In this document: positions 24,151-37,526 of the stretch, piece by piece
Layout of the letters: each line of letters opens with the position of its first letter
How positions within the stretch are numbered: the stretch's first letter is position 1
From: Octopus bimaculoides
Taxonomy: Eukaryota
Direction of reading: 5' to 3'
DNA: 64,000 nt
Assembly: GCF_001194135.2 (NCBI RefSeq)
Contig: NC_068986.1
Coordinates: 1,632,175 to 1,696,174 of the forward strand
Notes under the pieces: model-generated
Told to the model about the DNA's origin: nothing
What the model saw: only the letters and a program-made list of their open reading frames with translations
Databases searched by the model: none
Position numbers and translations under genes: made by a program

Positions 24151-24898
24151 CATCATCATCATCATCATCACTATTATTGTTATTAAATATTGTAGAATGT
24201 AATTTGAGGGTTGTTTAGCAACTATATCTGGCAGATAAAATGACCATATTGAGATTGCTCATTTGTTATATTAAAGGATTTTTTTTCACATGATTTAGGA
24301 GAGGAAGAGCAGTGACCACTACCCTCTTCAGGGCCTTCATGACTGATAGGGTGAAATTATTCCCAGACCACTAAAGGCACCTATGGATTACAAGGTGGCA
24401 TTAAGTCAAATAATAGATGAAGTCTTTGTCTCAAGAACAAAATGAGTTCCTCTGTTGGATTTTCGCACAATTTGTCAACCAAATTCCATTCTTGAGTCTT
24501 TAATCAACTTGAGGCCATGGTAGAAGATATTTAGCAAATATGCCATGCAGTAGTATTGAACACAAAATCACAGAGTTATGCGATGAACTTTGTAACCACA
24601 TTGCCATACCTCCACCCATGAAAATTTCTAGAGAATCCAAAGTCCTGGAAAGGAAGAACTGGGCATAGGGGATAATGCAGTGCCTTGGCTTTTGGGAGCA
24701 TCAGGGATGATGAGAAGAAAGACAAATGAGATGGGAATGCCTGAATGGAGGCTGCATAAGACCAGCCAACTTCAAAGAACAAAGACCACTGTAGTAATTT
24801 AAAAAAAAAAAAAAAGCAGAGAAGTAGAGAGAAGATACATATGCTGGTGTATATCTGTAAATGATTTTTTACCAATCAGTCAAGTGGCCTTTTTCTAG

Positions 24899-24999
24899 AT
24901 GCAGTCTAGAATGTGTGTACATGCAACAACATTATACCAGAGAGTGGGAGCAATATAAATTCAAGAGCTACAGAGAGAAGAGAAAGCTATTTTCTTTTG
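24899..24999 (+). CDS. Best candidate coding exon (CSLECVYMQQHYTREWEQYKFKSYREKRKLFSF), unknown product
   Basis: Acceptor gtggcctttttctAG, donor TTG|GTGAGT, 101 nt, phase 2->1. The other two frames contain stops. Unique sequence with protein-like composition. Confidence 0.42.
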
Positions 25000-25025
25000 G
25001 TGAGTGGACTATCTCTATACCAGAG

Positions 25026-25085
<60 letters not shown>

Positions 25086-25130
25086 CAGACAGAAGCAGAG
25101 AGAGAGAGAGAGAGAAAGAAACGGACAGAA

Positions 25131-25166
<36 letters not shown>

Positions 25167-26380
25167 AATTATCAATTGTTATGGACCAATTCAAACTCAC
25201 AGATATTCCCCTTCTGTTCTTTCTTCTTTTTTTTTTCACATGTAAGAAATTCAGTATGGTGCTGCAACATTCATGTCAATTCTCATCAGATTCCATGTTT
25301 TGTATAATCGTAATATTCCTGTCTCCAACTGGCATCAGAAATGGTCTGATTTCAGCTTTATAAGCAACAATGTTATTACACTCAGCAGTTACAATTTCTA
25401 CACTGTTTAGAAAATAGAAATGTTGTAGTCTCTACAGTTCTTATTGCCACAGCTGCTACTGTTGTTGTTGTTGTTGTTGCTGTTGCTGCTGCCGCCACCT
25501 TTTGCCACCATTGTGGTTTAGCCCCAGGTAAGCCATAACTCAGCAGACCTTCGATCAAAGGTCTTTCAGCAACAACCATTCTATCTTTCCCTTGTGCATT
25601 GGGCATCTAGGACTACATAATCCAATGCGTGCTTTCCAATTCTTAACAGATGTAAGTTGAAGATGATTGCCTATTTCTGCAAGGTAGGATGACTACAGAG
25701 AGGCAAGCAGCAGGGCTGGTTCAAGAAATTCTGCTAGATTTGGTCACACCAAAGATTTTATTCCTTACAAGCAGGTTGAAGTTTTTTGGTTTGTTTGTTT
25801 TTTTTCTTTAACAGTAAGAATGTCTTAATATAAATACCATTCTAAGGTGTTGACATAGCTCTAAGGCCTCTTTTACAGAAAATCTAATTTCCTTTTCGAG
25901 ATTGCAAGGGAAATATAAATTTCAAGGTAGTACAGACATAGAATTCCCAAAGTATGAGAAAAAAAAAGGAGAAAGAAAAAACAAAAAACAAATTCCAGAG
26001 AGTCTCCTCAATATAGATAGGAAGACTAGTTTAATATCAACACAAAGATGTTTCATTAAACATTCACACACACATGCATACATATACATATATAATTACA
26101 CATTAGCAGAATAAACACAAAAATAAACACATATACACACCNNNNNNNNNNNNNNNNNNNNNNNNNNNNNNNNNNNNNNNNNNNNNNNNNNNNNNNNNNN
26201 NNNNNNNNNNNNNNNNNNNNNNNNNNNNNNNNNNNNNNNNNATATGCGTGTGTGTGTGTGTGTGTGTGCATGCATTTTTACATATGTATGGATATTATAT
26301 ATATATAAAGAATTATGTTTGTGTGTGTGTGTATATATATATGTGTATATATACATTCTTATTTACATACATTCACACAT

Positions 26381-26429
<49 letters not shown>

Positions 26430-27071
26430 TGTAAATGCAAAAATAAAAACAAAAACACAAAGGGTTCTGCGGTACAGGTGTTTCAAGCTAAAAGCTGCCC
26501 TATCAGGTGACTTCTAAGCTAGCTCCTGTGCAGGGCTCTTCATTGGGCCTTGAGTCCAACAATAACATTTCATGCATTGAGTACGTATCAAATTTTATTA
26601 AACTTGACCAATATTTTCCAGCAATGAACAATTTTCATCAAAACAATGATATAATATGTGGACTTGGAACTTATTTCAAAGCTGCATGATAAACAACATT
26701 TTTTGTCTTCCCATTCGGGAAGGGGGGTATTCAGTACAATTTTTTTCCCTGTCTAACCTCTTTCTTTTTCTCTTTCTCTTGATTATTTTCAAACATCACC
26801 ATCGCCAATACCACCACCATTGCCACCACAACTGTATATATAGTGGTCTCTTTTATATATACACATATATATATATATGCAGTGCAAACATAAACAAACA
26901 AACAAACAAATAACCATCATACAAACATTATATTCAGAAACGCATATCGAATATATGTTCAGCCATAAATTTATAAACGAAAGTCCAACTGTTTTTCTCT
27001 CATTTCTTTCTTTGCTATTTGTTTTTGATTTTTTAATAGCAATAAAACACCAGCTTGTATAGATAATCATA

Positions 27072-27124
<53 letters not shown>

Positions 27125-27720
27125 GTATATGTGTATATATACCGCATTGAGTGACGTACAAGCAAACAGACCACTCAGTATAGTTCATGAGAACAGCTTA
27201 CTTAACGCCATAAACATTATTGTCATATATAATAATCCCTATTACTATATGTAGTTCCTCAAATGTTTACACAGAAAAGTCTAAATTGAGTGTAAAGTAT
27301 GTTTTCATAATGCTAACAAACCAAACTATCACTGACTGCCAAGTTCTACTCTCCACCTGACTTTACCCACATACTGACATTAGACTATGAAATGTGCTAA
27401 GTGATATAAGCAGCGATATAACTGTTTTTATTCCCATTTTTTTCTTTCTCCAACAGTGTAAAGATAATAGGTAACTTCTAGTAAATACTTTTATCAAATA
27501 TAAATATTTGCCATTTATCTTTTCTCCAGGCCTTTTTTTTTTTTTTTATTCTATTCCTTGTTTCTCTCGAGAGACTGTTTTGATTATACATTAATTTCTA
27601 TCAGAGAGGAGAGAAAAAAGATGTGCAGACATAGCACTGTAGCTAAGAAATTCGCTTTAATAATCACACAGTCCTGGTCTTGTTTCCACTACTCAGCACC
27701 TTGAGTAAGACTTCTGGAGT

Positions 27721-27903
27721 TCAATCTTTTAGCATTTAAATCAGCCATCTCTGGCCCAAATTTTCTACCTCTTTTATGCTCAGATCAATCAAATCCTGTT
27801 TCTCACACCTACCTTACAATGTCATTCTAAAAACAATCACATCATTGAAAGTGAATAAATAAGCTTTACATTTGACAGAGTAATCGGAACATTGAAGGAT
27901 TAA
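27721..27903 (-). mobile_element. piggyBac-like MITE
   Basis: Degenerate ends tcaatcttttagcatttaaa ... gaaggaTTAA. The interior matches 37527-37798 in reverse. Confidence 0.65.
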
Positions 27904-28534
27904 TATATCTCTAATACGTTCTTTCCTTAGTCAAGACAGTAGCGTTTGACTTAAGGGAGACTTGGTTGTTGTTTCCATTGGTTCAGAGGACCATATAGAA
28001 GCTCCCTGTTTAGATTAGGAAGGCCTTAGTTACTCACTGATCTGAGAAAAGGGAAAAATAGGGAGAGTGACTTCAATATGGCCACAGGCTGGAGAGAGAA
28101 GTTGTTTTAGTTTAGTTCTGGGTCATTCCCATTCAGGCGTATAAATTATCAAAAGCTTTCCAGCCACGACCATCCCTCTGTTTCCTATGCACAGAGAACT
28201 CAGTGTCACATTATCCAATGTATCCTTTCCTAAGATGATGGAGTATGACTTGAGGGATTTAGCTGCTATTTCAAGCAAAAAAAAAAAAATAACTACAGTG
28301 AGGGTGCGTCTTGGACAGCATAAAAGAACCCCATATAGAGAGTAAGGTTTGAGTTTCAAGAATGAAATGTATGGAAAGCTTGTGATAAGAATAAATGATA
28401 AATGGAGACAAGAACTGAGTTTGGTGGGGGCAGCACAGATGTTGATGCAGACAGGGAAAATTGCTCAATGGTTTTGCTTTGTGGAATTCATTAGGGCTTC
28501 ATTAGGGCTTATGGCATTTTTAATTTGCATACAG

Positions 28535-28670
28535 CAGTGTTTCTCAACCATTTTTTACCGATGGAACTTTTGATTCCTATTTTACTTGGGTGGACCCTCA
28601 CAGCCATTTGATGCCTAAAAAATTCTGTTATAATTTTATAATTATATCAGAGATTGTATAAAATTAAATT
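28535..28670 (+). mobile_element. hAT-like MITE 5' part
   Basis: Starts cagtgtttctcaacc. Aligns with 10307-10422 and its continuation at about 10936. Confidence 0.6.
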
Positions 28671-29544
28671 CTTTGACTTGTTTCAGTCATTTGACTGCAG
28701 CCATGCTGGAGCACTGCTTGAAGGGTTTTAGTCAAACAACTCAACCCCAAGACTTTTTTTTATTGGTCTCAAATCTGACATGGGGCTAAACTACAAGAAT
28801 AACAAGAACCTCTCAGAACCTTTTATCCTTAGTTTGAATCCCCTAACAATCTAATGGTGAACCCCTGCAGGAAAATACTTCAAAGATGGGTTGTCTTCAT
28901 TCCATTTGTAGAAGCCATGTATTTGTTGGTTAATGTAAACTTACAACAAAGAAACCTTGTGCAACCATACAGAAAATTGTCAAAACACTAATATTTATTA
29001 TCAACGTATGTAATTGATTGATATCAATGAAAAATCATATTCTTCCTCATACAATGGAATAATCAGAAATTATCATTTAAATCTAATATTAATTAATATA
29101 TCATTTCAAAAGATATGCTGAAATAATTAAATTAGATGTTGAATCTGTATAACATAAAATGTTGAAACTAATATAATTAAACATGCAATCAAATTATGAA
29201 ATTGTTCTTTGAAGCATAAAATATATATCAATACCCACTTAACAGTTGTATTAGTTGAAATTGATCTAAGTATTTAAGTTAGTGCAAGCATATAAAACAG
29301 ATACTCTATCAATTACAATTACATCAATATTGAAAAGAAAACGAAGTCATTACCTTAATGATTAATTCTTGTCAAGAACAGCATGGGAGACAACTCTGAA
29401 ATTGAAATAAATTTTAATTATTCCCTTTTGTCATTTTGATAGAAATAAACATAAATAAACATACAACTGTGGCACAAAAATGTCAATGTAATATATATTC
29501 TTTTATTTACTTCTACTCTTTTGGGAAAAGGTTAACACGACACC

Positions 29545-29748
29545 CCCCCCCCACTAGGGTCAAGCAAGAATCACGGGGTTGCACCTAGAAAGTTCCCCTC
29601 CAAGGCACAGGTCTGGGCAAGGTTGTTTATGGAAGACCAGCAGTCGCCCATGCATACCAGCCTCCTCTCTCTATGCCAACGATGTTATCCAAGGGAAAGG
29701 CAAAGACTGATACAGCTTGGCACCAGTGACATCAAAACTCGTTTCTAC
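29545..29748 (-). mobile_element. GC-richer SINE 3' body (probably family H)
   Basis: ggaagaccagcagtcgcccatgcataccagcc...gatacagcttggcaccagtgac. The link to the H head is from recollection of the family consensus. Confidence 0.55.
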
Positions 29749-30725
29749 CTCACAGACATACCAATAGAATTAGGGCAGGTAAGGCCCTTCAGCACTTTAG
29801 CTGCTCATCTAAGAAAAGGTAACTCCATACAAATCCTTTATTCTGATAACTACTGGACTCCTGGTACTTGTTGCACCAAACCAATACAAGTTTGGTGGTT
29901 AAGAGAGTGGAGCTGGCTCCGCACAAACCCTGCCCAATATACAAATAAACCTCTGCTGCCTTGTGTGGTAATTTATTGAGCATTTAGAAAAGGCAAAGGG
30001 AGTAAGAAAATCTGGTGTGAGGCACCCTACGACAGATATGCAGTTTTACTTAACCAATACCTGGCATCCCCTGTGGTTCCATAGATGCTTTGAATGCACT
30101 GACTTGCTTTTCGTTTGTGGCATATCCATGATTGAAAAAATGGTAAATGTACTTAGATCTAGGCACCTGCTTTTGGAAACAGCTGAGGCACAGTAGAGGT
30201 AGTTAAGTAACTGTCTTTGCAATACTGTCAGCCAGTGACAAAAAGGGCCAATAACCTTTTTGGTTGTTGGGCTGCATGCATTTCAAACCCAGCACTGGAG
30301 TCAAGTCTGGTATAAAATGTCTGATACTTATTTTAGTGGAAGGTTACTAGCAATCATCAAAAGATATGAGATAAACAACACTATTCTATTTTTAAAGACT
30401 GGTGTAACCACAGACATAAACATAGACTACAAATCACCATCACATTTTCATCATTGATGCCTTTGTCATTATTGTTTTAAGTCACTTTTCCATGTTTGTA
30501 TGGATCAGACGTGGCTTTGTTGAAGTATATATTTTAAACAGCCATTGTTCTTGTGGCCAACTTCCACCTGTTTCCAAACAAGATCATATTTTTCTCATCT
30601 ACTGAACAACAAAGTCTGGATATACTTTCATGGCAGATGACAAACAAATGACACCATTTCTATGAATGGTGATCTTTATTTGTAATCAACATGCACATGT
30701 CAAAACAAAAGTAATCTGTGCTCAG

Positions 30726-30764
<39 letters not shown>

Positions 30765-30849
30765 AACAAACATGCACACACATGTATATATACATATCAT
30801 TCATCATCACGATCATCATTGTTTTAATGATTATTTTTTTATGCTTGCA

Positions 30850-31021
30850 CTACACTCTCTGAGTGGTTGGCGTTAGGAAGGGCATCCAGCTGTAGAAACT
30901 CTGCCAAATCAGATTGGAGCCTGGTGTTGCCATCCGGTTTCACCAGTCCTCAGTCAAATCGTCCAACCCATGCTAGCATGGAAAGCGGACGTTAAACGAT
31001 GATGATGATGATGATGATGAT
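30850..31021 (+). mobile_element. Family B, young copy
   Basis: tacactctctgagtggttggcgttaggaagggcatccagctgtagaaac...gcggacgttaaac(gat)n, with CpGs intact. Confidence 0.9.
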
Positions 31022-31503
31022 TTCTCCAAGTCTTTCACACATGAACAGAACAATGGCCAAGTATAATTTCATGGAAGATTACAAGAGAATGACACTGTTT
31101 TTGTAATGTTTTACAATAAGTGGTGGTGGGGTAAGTGGTGGTGGTAATGATGGCAATGATGATGATAACAACAACAACAACAACGATGATGATGATGATG
31201 ATAAAAATGTATTTAGTTTTCTGGTAAAAGTAATTTCTATTAGAACATTTACATTGAAGATCTTAACCCAAAATTCTTAAAGAGCAAAACTACTTTCATT
31301 TATAGACTTTATTCATTTAGTTATTTATTTTTCCCTACAGTATCAAACAAAGTTACTGCCATTCATTTGCAGACAAGGGTTTTAGATATGGCTTTATCTT
31401 TTGTGATTAAGATCAATGCTAATCTCTTTTACTAATGGACGCAAAGTATCCATTTGCTGTAATTCAACTTCTAGCGATATGGAAATGTTATTTATTTGTT
31501 TAC

Positions 31504-31557
31504 CTGGAGATTAACAACACACTTATGCACAAAAGACATTGATAATCTATCAAATAT
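31504..31557 (-). other. Candidate 54-nt exon (IFDRLSMSFVHKCVVNLQ or YLIDYQCLLCISVLLIS)
   Basis: Minus-strand acceptor tttgtttgtttgttttAG, donor CAG|GTAAAC, two open frames. Confidence 0.25.
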
Positions 31558-31743
31558 CTAAAACAAACAAACAAATTATTTTTGTATCGCAACAAAGAAC
31601 CAACATTAAAAGAAATTGTTATATTTTCTATACATTTTATGATGTAGCTTCCTATTCTACCTTTTTTTAGTTTTATCATAATTATCTCTGATCTCCAGAG
31701 CATGCCACTGTCAACCTACTTTCATACAAAATTACTTTCTCAC

Positions 31744-31779
31744 CTTAAGCTAATAGAACTTCTTTGCAGCCATTTGAAC
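31744..31779 (-). other. Candidate 36-nt exon (FKWLQRSSISL)
   Basis: Minus-strand acceptor gtctgctgtttctcacAG, donor AAG|GTGAGA. Open only in phase 2, and 186 nt from the 54-nt candidate. Confidence 0.25.
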
Positions 31780-31884
31780 CTGTGAGAAACAGCAGACAAC
31801 ATTTCCTTCTGATTTCAGACAACCATTTCAACAAAGGAAGAACATACAGAATTGTCTGTCCAAGATACACTATGTTTTGTTTTT

Positions 31885-32151
31885 ACTTTTATTTGTTTCA
31901 GTCCTTTGACTATGGCCAAGCTGGAGCACCGCCTTGAAGGATTTTAATTGAACAAATTCACTCCAGGACTTTTTTTAAGCCTAGTAATTATCCTATCGGT
32001 CTCTTTTGCCAAACCACTAAGTTACAGGGACGTAAACACACCAACACCAGTTGTCAAGGAGGGATGGGTGAACAAATACAGACACACACATAGATATATA
32101 CATACATACAAACATGTAGGCATGTACATGTATGTGTGTATATATGCATAA

Positions 32152-32199
<48 letters not shown>

Positions 32200-32350
32200 G
32201 ACAGGTTTCTTCCTTTCAGTTTCTGTCTCCCAAATCCACTCACAAGGCTTTGGTCGGTCCAAGGTTATAGTGGAAGACACTTGCCCAAGGTGCCACATAG
32301 TAGGACTGAACCCAGAACCATATGATTGGGAAGCAAGCTTCTTACCACAC
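31885..32350 (-). mobile_element. Composite SINE A/C, full length
   Basis: A part, (TA)n and C part in the standard order. Confidence 0.9.
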
Positions 32351-33055
32351 ACACACACATACACACACACACAGCTCACAGTTGCTGAAACTGTTACTCA
32401 AAACACAAGGCACTGTCTGAGAACTGAACCCACAACCTTATAGTTGTAAACCTAACACCTTATCCACAAAGCGACATGCCTTCAATTCAAAACCTACTGA
32501 TTAAAAGGGGAAAGAGACAAAACACATTGAACAACATAGCGCATGGTGTACAAAAAGATGAGATGGCCACAACCGGAATGCCTCTGATCATAGGTCTACT
32601 TAATCAGGGCTAACCTTGTCCCGAAGAACAGCAACAACACTAACACCAAAGACAACATAGTTCTAAAACCAGACTGAAAGCTAGGAGAGTCACAATGGAT
32701 AATATTGTTCTTGATATACAAAATAAATGAGATGCTCACATCTGGAATGCCTTTGAGTATCGGCCTGCTCAGTTGAAACTAACATGGAGCTAAACAGTAG
32801 CAACAACACAACATGGTTCATAAAATAGATCGAATGAACATGGACTTGCCAGGATACAAGACCAATGCATTGCGTTTAACCATTTTATTGGCAGCGTTCA
32901 TGTCAGACAGCTGCAACTGTGAAGCTAGTTAGGATAATACCAGCAGCCACAGCGGCATGAGGTCATTCATAGATCAAGTGGCACAATATGAAAATAGAAG
33001 AGATGAAATCTTTACCAAATATTTCCTCGTAACAAAGCACATATAGACACACACA

Positions 33056-33087
<32 letters not shown>

Positions 33088-33189
33088 GCACTTCCTCTTA
33101 GCGATAAGTGCACTCACACACTCACAAATACACACATTTCCTCTTAACAATAGATACATACACAAGACACGAGTACACACAATGATACC

Positions 33190-33190
<1 letters not shown>

Positions 33191-33288
<98 letters not shown>

Positions 33289-33291
33289 ACA
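33191..33291. repeat. ~100-bp (CA)n
   Basis: Directly visible. Confidence 0.95.
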
Positions 33292-33907
33292 TTTCCAAAT
33301 GCCAAGATATAAAAATAAACTTTACATGAAAGTTTGGAAGTTTATTTATGCAAATGGCATTTGGAAATTTATGTAAACTTTACATCAACGACAGAACCTC
33401 TATGTCATTACTCAATTGACTAGAAATAGCAGCCAAATTTCTCTCATATTGTATGCAACCATCTTTAAAAGAAAAAATATGTGGGAGAATGAGAGCACAT
33501 TGCATAATGTGTTCCTGGATACACTGGGATTTTTAAAAAAATGAGGAGAGAGAACGATCACAAGTGGAGCACCTTTGATCACAGGTCTGTTTGATCAGAG
33601 CTGGTTTGGAGCTAAACAACATTACATAAAATTTTCAAAAACTTCATTAGTACCACACCAAAATAACTGCCCTCAAATTTCTGGTCAAGCATCACAAGTC
33701 ACATAAGTATTTCACATTAGAAATTAACATTCAAATAAATGTTCATGCTTTCCATTAAATGGTTGAAAGCTTTCATCAGGAAACTTTTTTCAGGTTTGGT
33801 ATTCTAAGAATAATAGCTTCACAGCTTCACACATGAACGGGTACATATATGCACATATGTTTATATACACACACGTTTATATACATGCACATAAATTTGT
33901 GTGTGCG

Positions 33908-33967
<60 letters not shown>

Positions 33968-34109
33968 TACACACACACACATGCATATGTATATACACAT
34001 ACATACACACAAACACAGAGGTATATATTATATTCATGTGAACACATATATATACATAGATATATGTGTGTGCACAGACTACATTCATTTATATTCATAC
34101 ACACACACA

Positions 34110-34150
<41 letters not shown>

Positions 34151-36659
34151 ATAAAGACAGAGATTACTCTATGTGAATCTATAAGCATATTTGTAAGGAC
34201 GGTATCAATAATCTAAAACGAATGGGCAAACAACAACCTCGGCATGCCAACTGCATTTCTCATATAGATGTTATTTAGATATAGTCTGATAGAAATACCT
34301 TTCCCAAAACTCATCCAGCCTATCTTTGATGTCATTTATAGAACAGATAGTAATAACTTGTTTTATGTCGCTCATCTAATCGCTGGTGCTTCTCTTGGTA
34401 GACATTTGGCTACTTATACAGCTTCAGCTCTTCCTTTTGCGTTCAGTAGAAACATTTGCAGGAGATTGCTTTTGGCTTTTCAAATCGGAATGTTCAGCAG
34501 CGCTTCGAATGTGATTTATAGTTAAATCATCAGAAAATAAATATTCAAATTTCTATTCTTTGAATATTGATGCTGTTTCCTTTGTATTAATTCATTGATC
34601 AGCAGGATTCACAGTTAGCAGTAAAGTTCTTGAATAGACTTAGAGAACAGAGGTAGCTGTTTAAAGGAATTTGGTGATCAGTATTCTAACTGTGAGCATG
34701 ACAATTTATTACAAGCCAACAAGGGAGTTCTTGTGTTGTTGCTTGACTTGGTAGAAATAGCAGCCGAGTCTCAGCTGAAATCATACTCTGCTGTATTAAA
34801 AGAGGAAGTACAAATAAGGTCAGCTTTCACTCATGAGCAAGTATGGCTTGGCAACACATACTAGAACCAGTACCAGCACCACCAAAACATTCACCAACAC
34901 CAACACCAACACTACCATACAGAATGGTTGATAAAAAAGTGACCTTATATAATATGAAATAAGTTAACAGAAAGTATGATAAATCAACATATGTCCAAAT
35001 GAATAGAGTGTTTGGTTCACAATTATAAATTCGGGGGTTCAATTCCTTGACTGGGAAATGTGCTATACCCTCGATCCTGGTGCTTTATCTCAAGTTGTTC
35101 AAGTCTAGTCAGCTGTGAATGATCAGAATACCGTTAATTATGGGTCTACACAATCAAGATTGATCTGGGTGAAACAAACCAGCCTTAATATACTTATCAC
35201 ATGTAGCATGTGATAACAAATATTTGATATCCATTTTGAATATCATATGTATGTATGTATATATGCACAGGCACAATGTGCAGAAATTTAAGAGGACTAA
35301 TAAACAAATTACTTAAGTTTCACATTGCCTGATTGGATGATAACATGATGACCACTCATCAGAAGGACCTGATAAAATATGTAGGCATTGCAGCTTGAAG
35401 ACTTATGACTCATACATTATCTTTGGGATTATAATATATCCTGTATCAGGCACTAAGATCTTCCTGTGGTATTTAATTGGCAGTCAAGCCAATAAGACCC
35501 AGAAGTGAATGGACCTATCAAGCGTGGAATTGTTGAGGGAATATATATATATATATATATATATATATNNNNNNNNNNNNNNNNNNNNNNNNNNNNNNNN
35601 NNNNNNNNNNNNNNNNNNNNNNNNNNNNNNNNNNNNNNNNNNNNNNNNNNNNNNNNNNNNNNNNNNNNGAAGACAGTTCTGCATATATAATATAATATAC
35701 TCCACCTTTTATAACAAGTACTGTATATATCCACTATATTTACACTTACATATTTTTATACACACACACACACACACACACACTACACCACAAATATACT
35801 TATGTTTGTGTGTGTATACACAAGTAAGACTGTGTTGAATTGCATCTCTCTGTGTCAAAAGATAACTGAGCCAAATGACATGATAAATAAAACAAGTACC
35901 AGATTGGAAATCTATTCAGACTTCAAAATGACCAATTAAAATCCTTGAAAATAACTCTGAACACTCAGAGTCCAAAGGCTGCAAAATAATTGTTCTAAAC
36001 TACATAATTACTCGTTACTTGTTTACCAACAGAAGCACTCACATGTTGGATGAATTTATCAGTTTACATAGACTGGTGCCAAATTTGAAATAATCCACAG
36101 ATAAGCTATCCTCTATTTTTGTGGGGGGTCAGTAATTGCTAAATTTATTTGCAGCCAGCATGAATGTCCAATCATTGACTTTTATCTTTTAGTAAGATAA
36201 ATGAAATTTACTTCAAGACTATGATAATACCAAGTGTTTTTTCAAGCAGCATCAAATTTAATTATAAAGCAGCTAACGTTACTAATATGTTTACTAATCA
36301 ACGTGGGAAAATTCAGTAATCTTTTCAAACTTGACTAATAGATGTAAGATAGGTGTAAATATAATTAATGTAATAAGCCAAGGGTTTGTAATCAACTGAA
36401 ATCTCTTTCATAGTGTCATGGAATTATCATTAGTTTAATTAGAAATTCTAATTTTAAAAAAAGCAGGGAAACATCCACAGAATTATAATTAATTAAAATT
36501 AATTAATAAATAAAATGTGGGCAATGCAGGGGGAAGGGATGTTGATCTTGGTAGGGTGTATTGACAACTCTGGCCATGTTTTGGTCTTATTAGATCTCTT
36601 CAGTCTTTAGTAAAAAATTTCTTCTTCGTCTCCTCCTCATCATCATCATTATTATTTAG

Positions 36660-36870
36660 CAAGCTGGCAGAATTGTCAGCATGCCAGGAAAAATGCTGAG
36701 CAGCATTTTATCCGTCTTTACGCTCTAAGTTCAAACTCTGCCATGGTCAACTTTACCTTTCATCCTTTCAGGGTCGATGAAATAAGTGCCAGTTTCATAC
36801 TGAGGTCAATGTAATCGACTAGCCCCTTTCCCAAAATTGCAGGCCTTGTGTCTATAGTAGAAAGGATTAT
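36660..36870 (+). mobile_element. SINE family D
   Basis: gcaagctggcagaattgtcagcatgccagg...ggccttgtgtctatagtagaaagg then (att)n. A further degraded + copy lies at about 38410-38620. Confidence 0.85.
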
Positions 36871-37526
36871 TATTATTAAAACTTAGAGCTCCTTCAATAG
36901 TTACACTGGGCTTCATGTTATTGAGTATTCCGAAGAAAAGAAGTAGCATGACAATATATAAGTAAAAATATTCATTAACAGATCAAAATGATATGATTGA
37001 GTATTGAAATTTGATGAGTAGCCAAAAGACCATTATAAAATCCATCACACATTATCTAAATTCGAATGCATTTTAAAGGCTTTTTTTTTTGGACCCAATC
37101 AAAACTGAATACCTAATCATCTCAATGTACATCCAAACATTTTTGCTTATATATTGTTATGCTATTTCTCTTCTTTAAATAATTGGCAATATAAAATTTA
37201 GATTAATGATTGAAGAAATTAAGCTTTTAATGAAATACACAAACTCTCCTTTAAGTAGAAAATAGGATTTTCCCTTTGTATAAAAGTCATGTTCTTTCCA
37301 AAATATGCTCCAAATGGCATGCGTCGTGCAGGTGGTTAGTGTTGGGTTCGTGTTTATTGGGTCAACTTAATTCTTCAATTGAACAATATGCTGTGTCCTT
37401 GAGCAAAGCATTTCATATCATGTTACTGCAATCTACTTGGCTGAAAATGAAACTCAGTAACACTTGAAGTCAATTCTGTGATGCATTGGCATCCCATTCA
37501 GTGGAGAGTCTTGTGCTGTCAGTCAT

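Noticed and set aside
29756-29778. 23-nt microexon candidate (DIPIELGQ), phase-compatible with 24899-24999
   Set aside because: Its acceptor tract is mostly the broken end of a SINE, and it is too short to support.
35301-35370. Minus strand CTGATGA...GAAAC-TTAA-GTA with a palindromic helix III
   Set aside because: Stem I does not pair and stem II cannot be closed, so it is compatible with chance.
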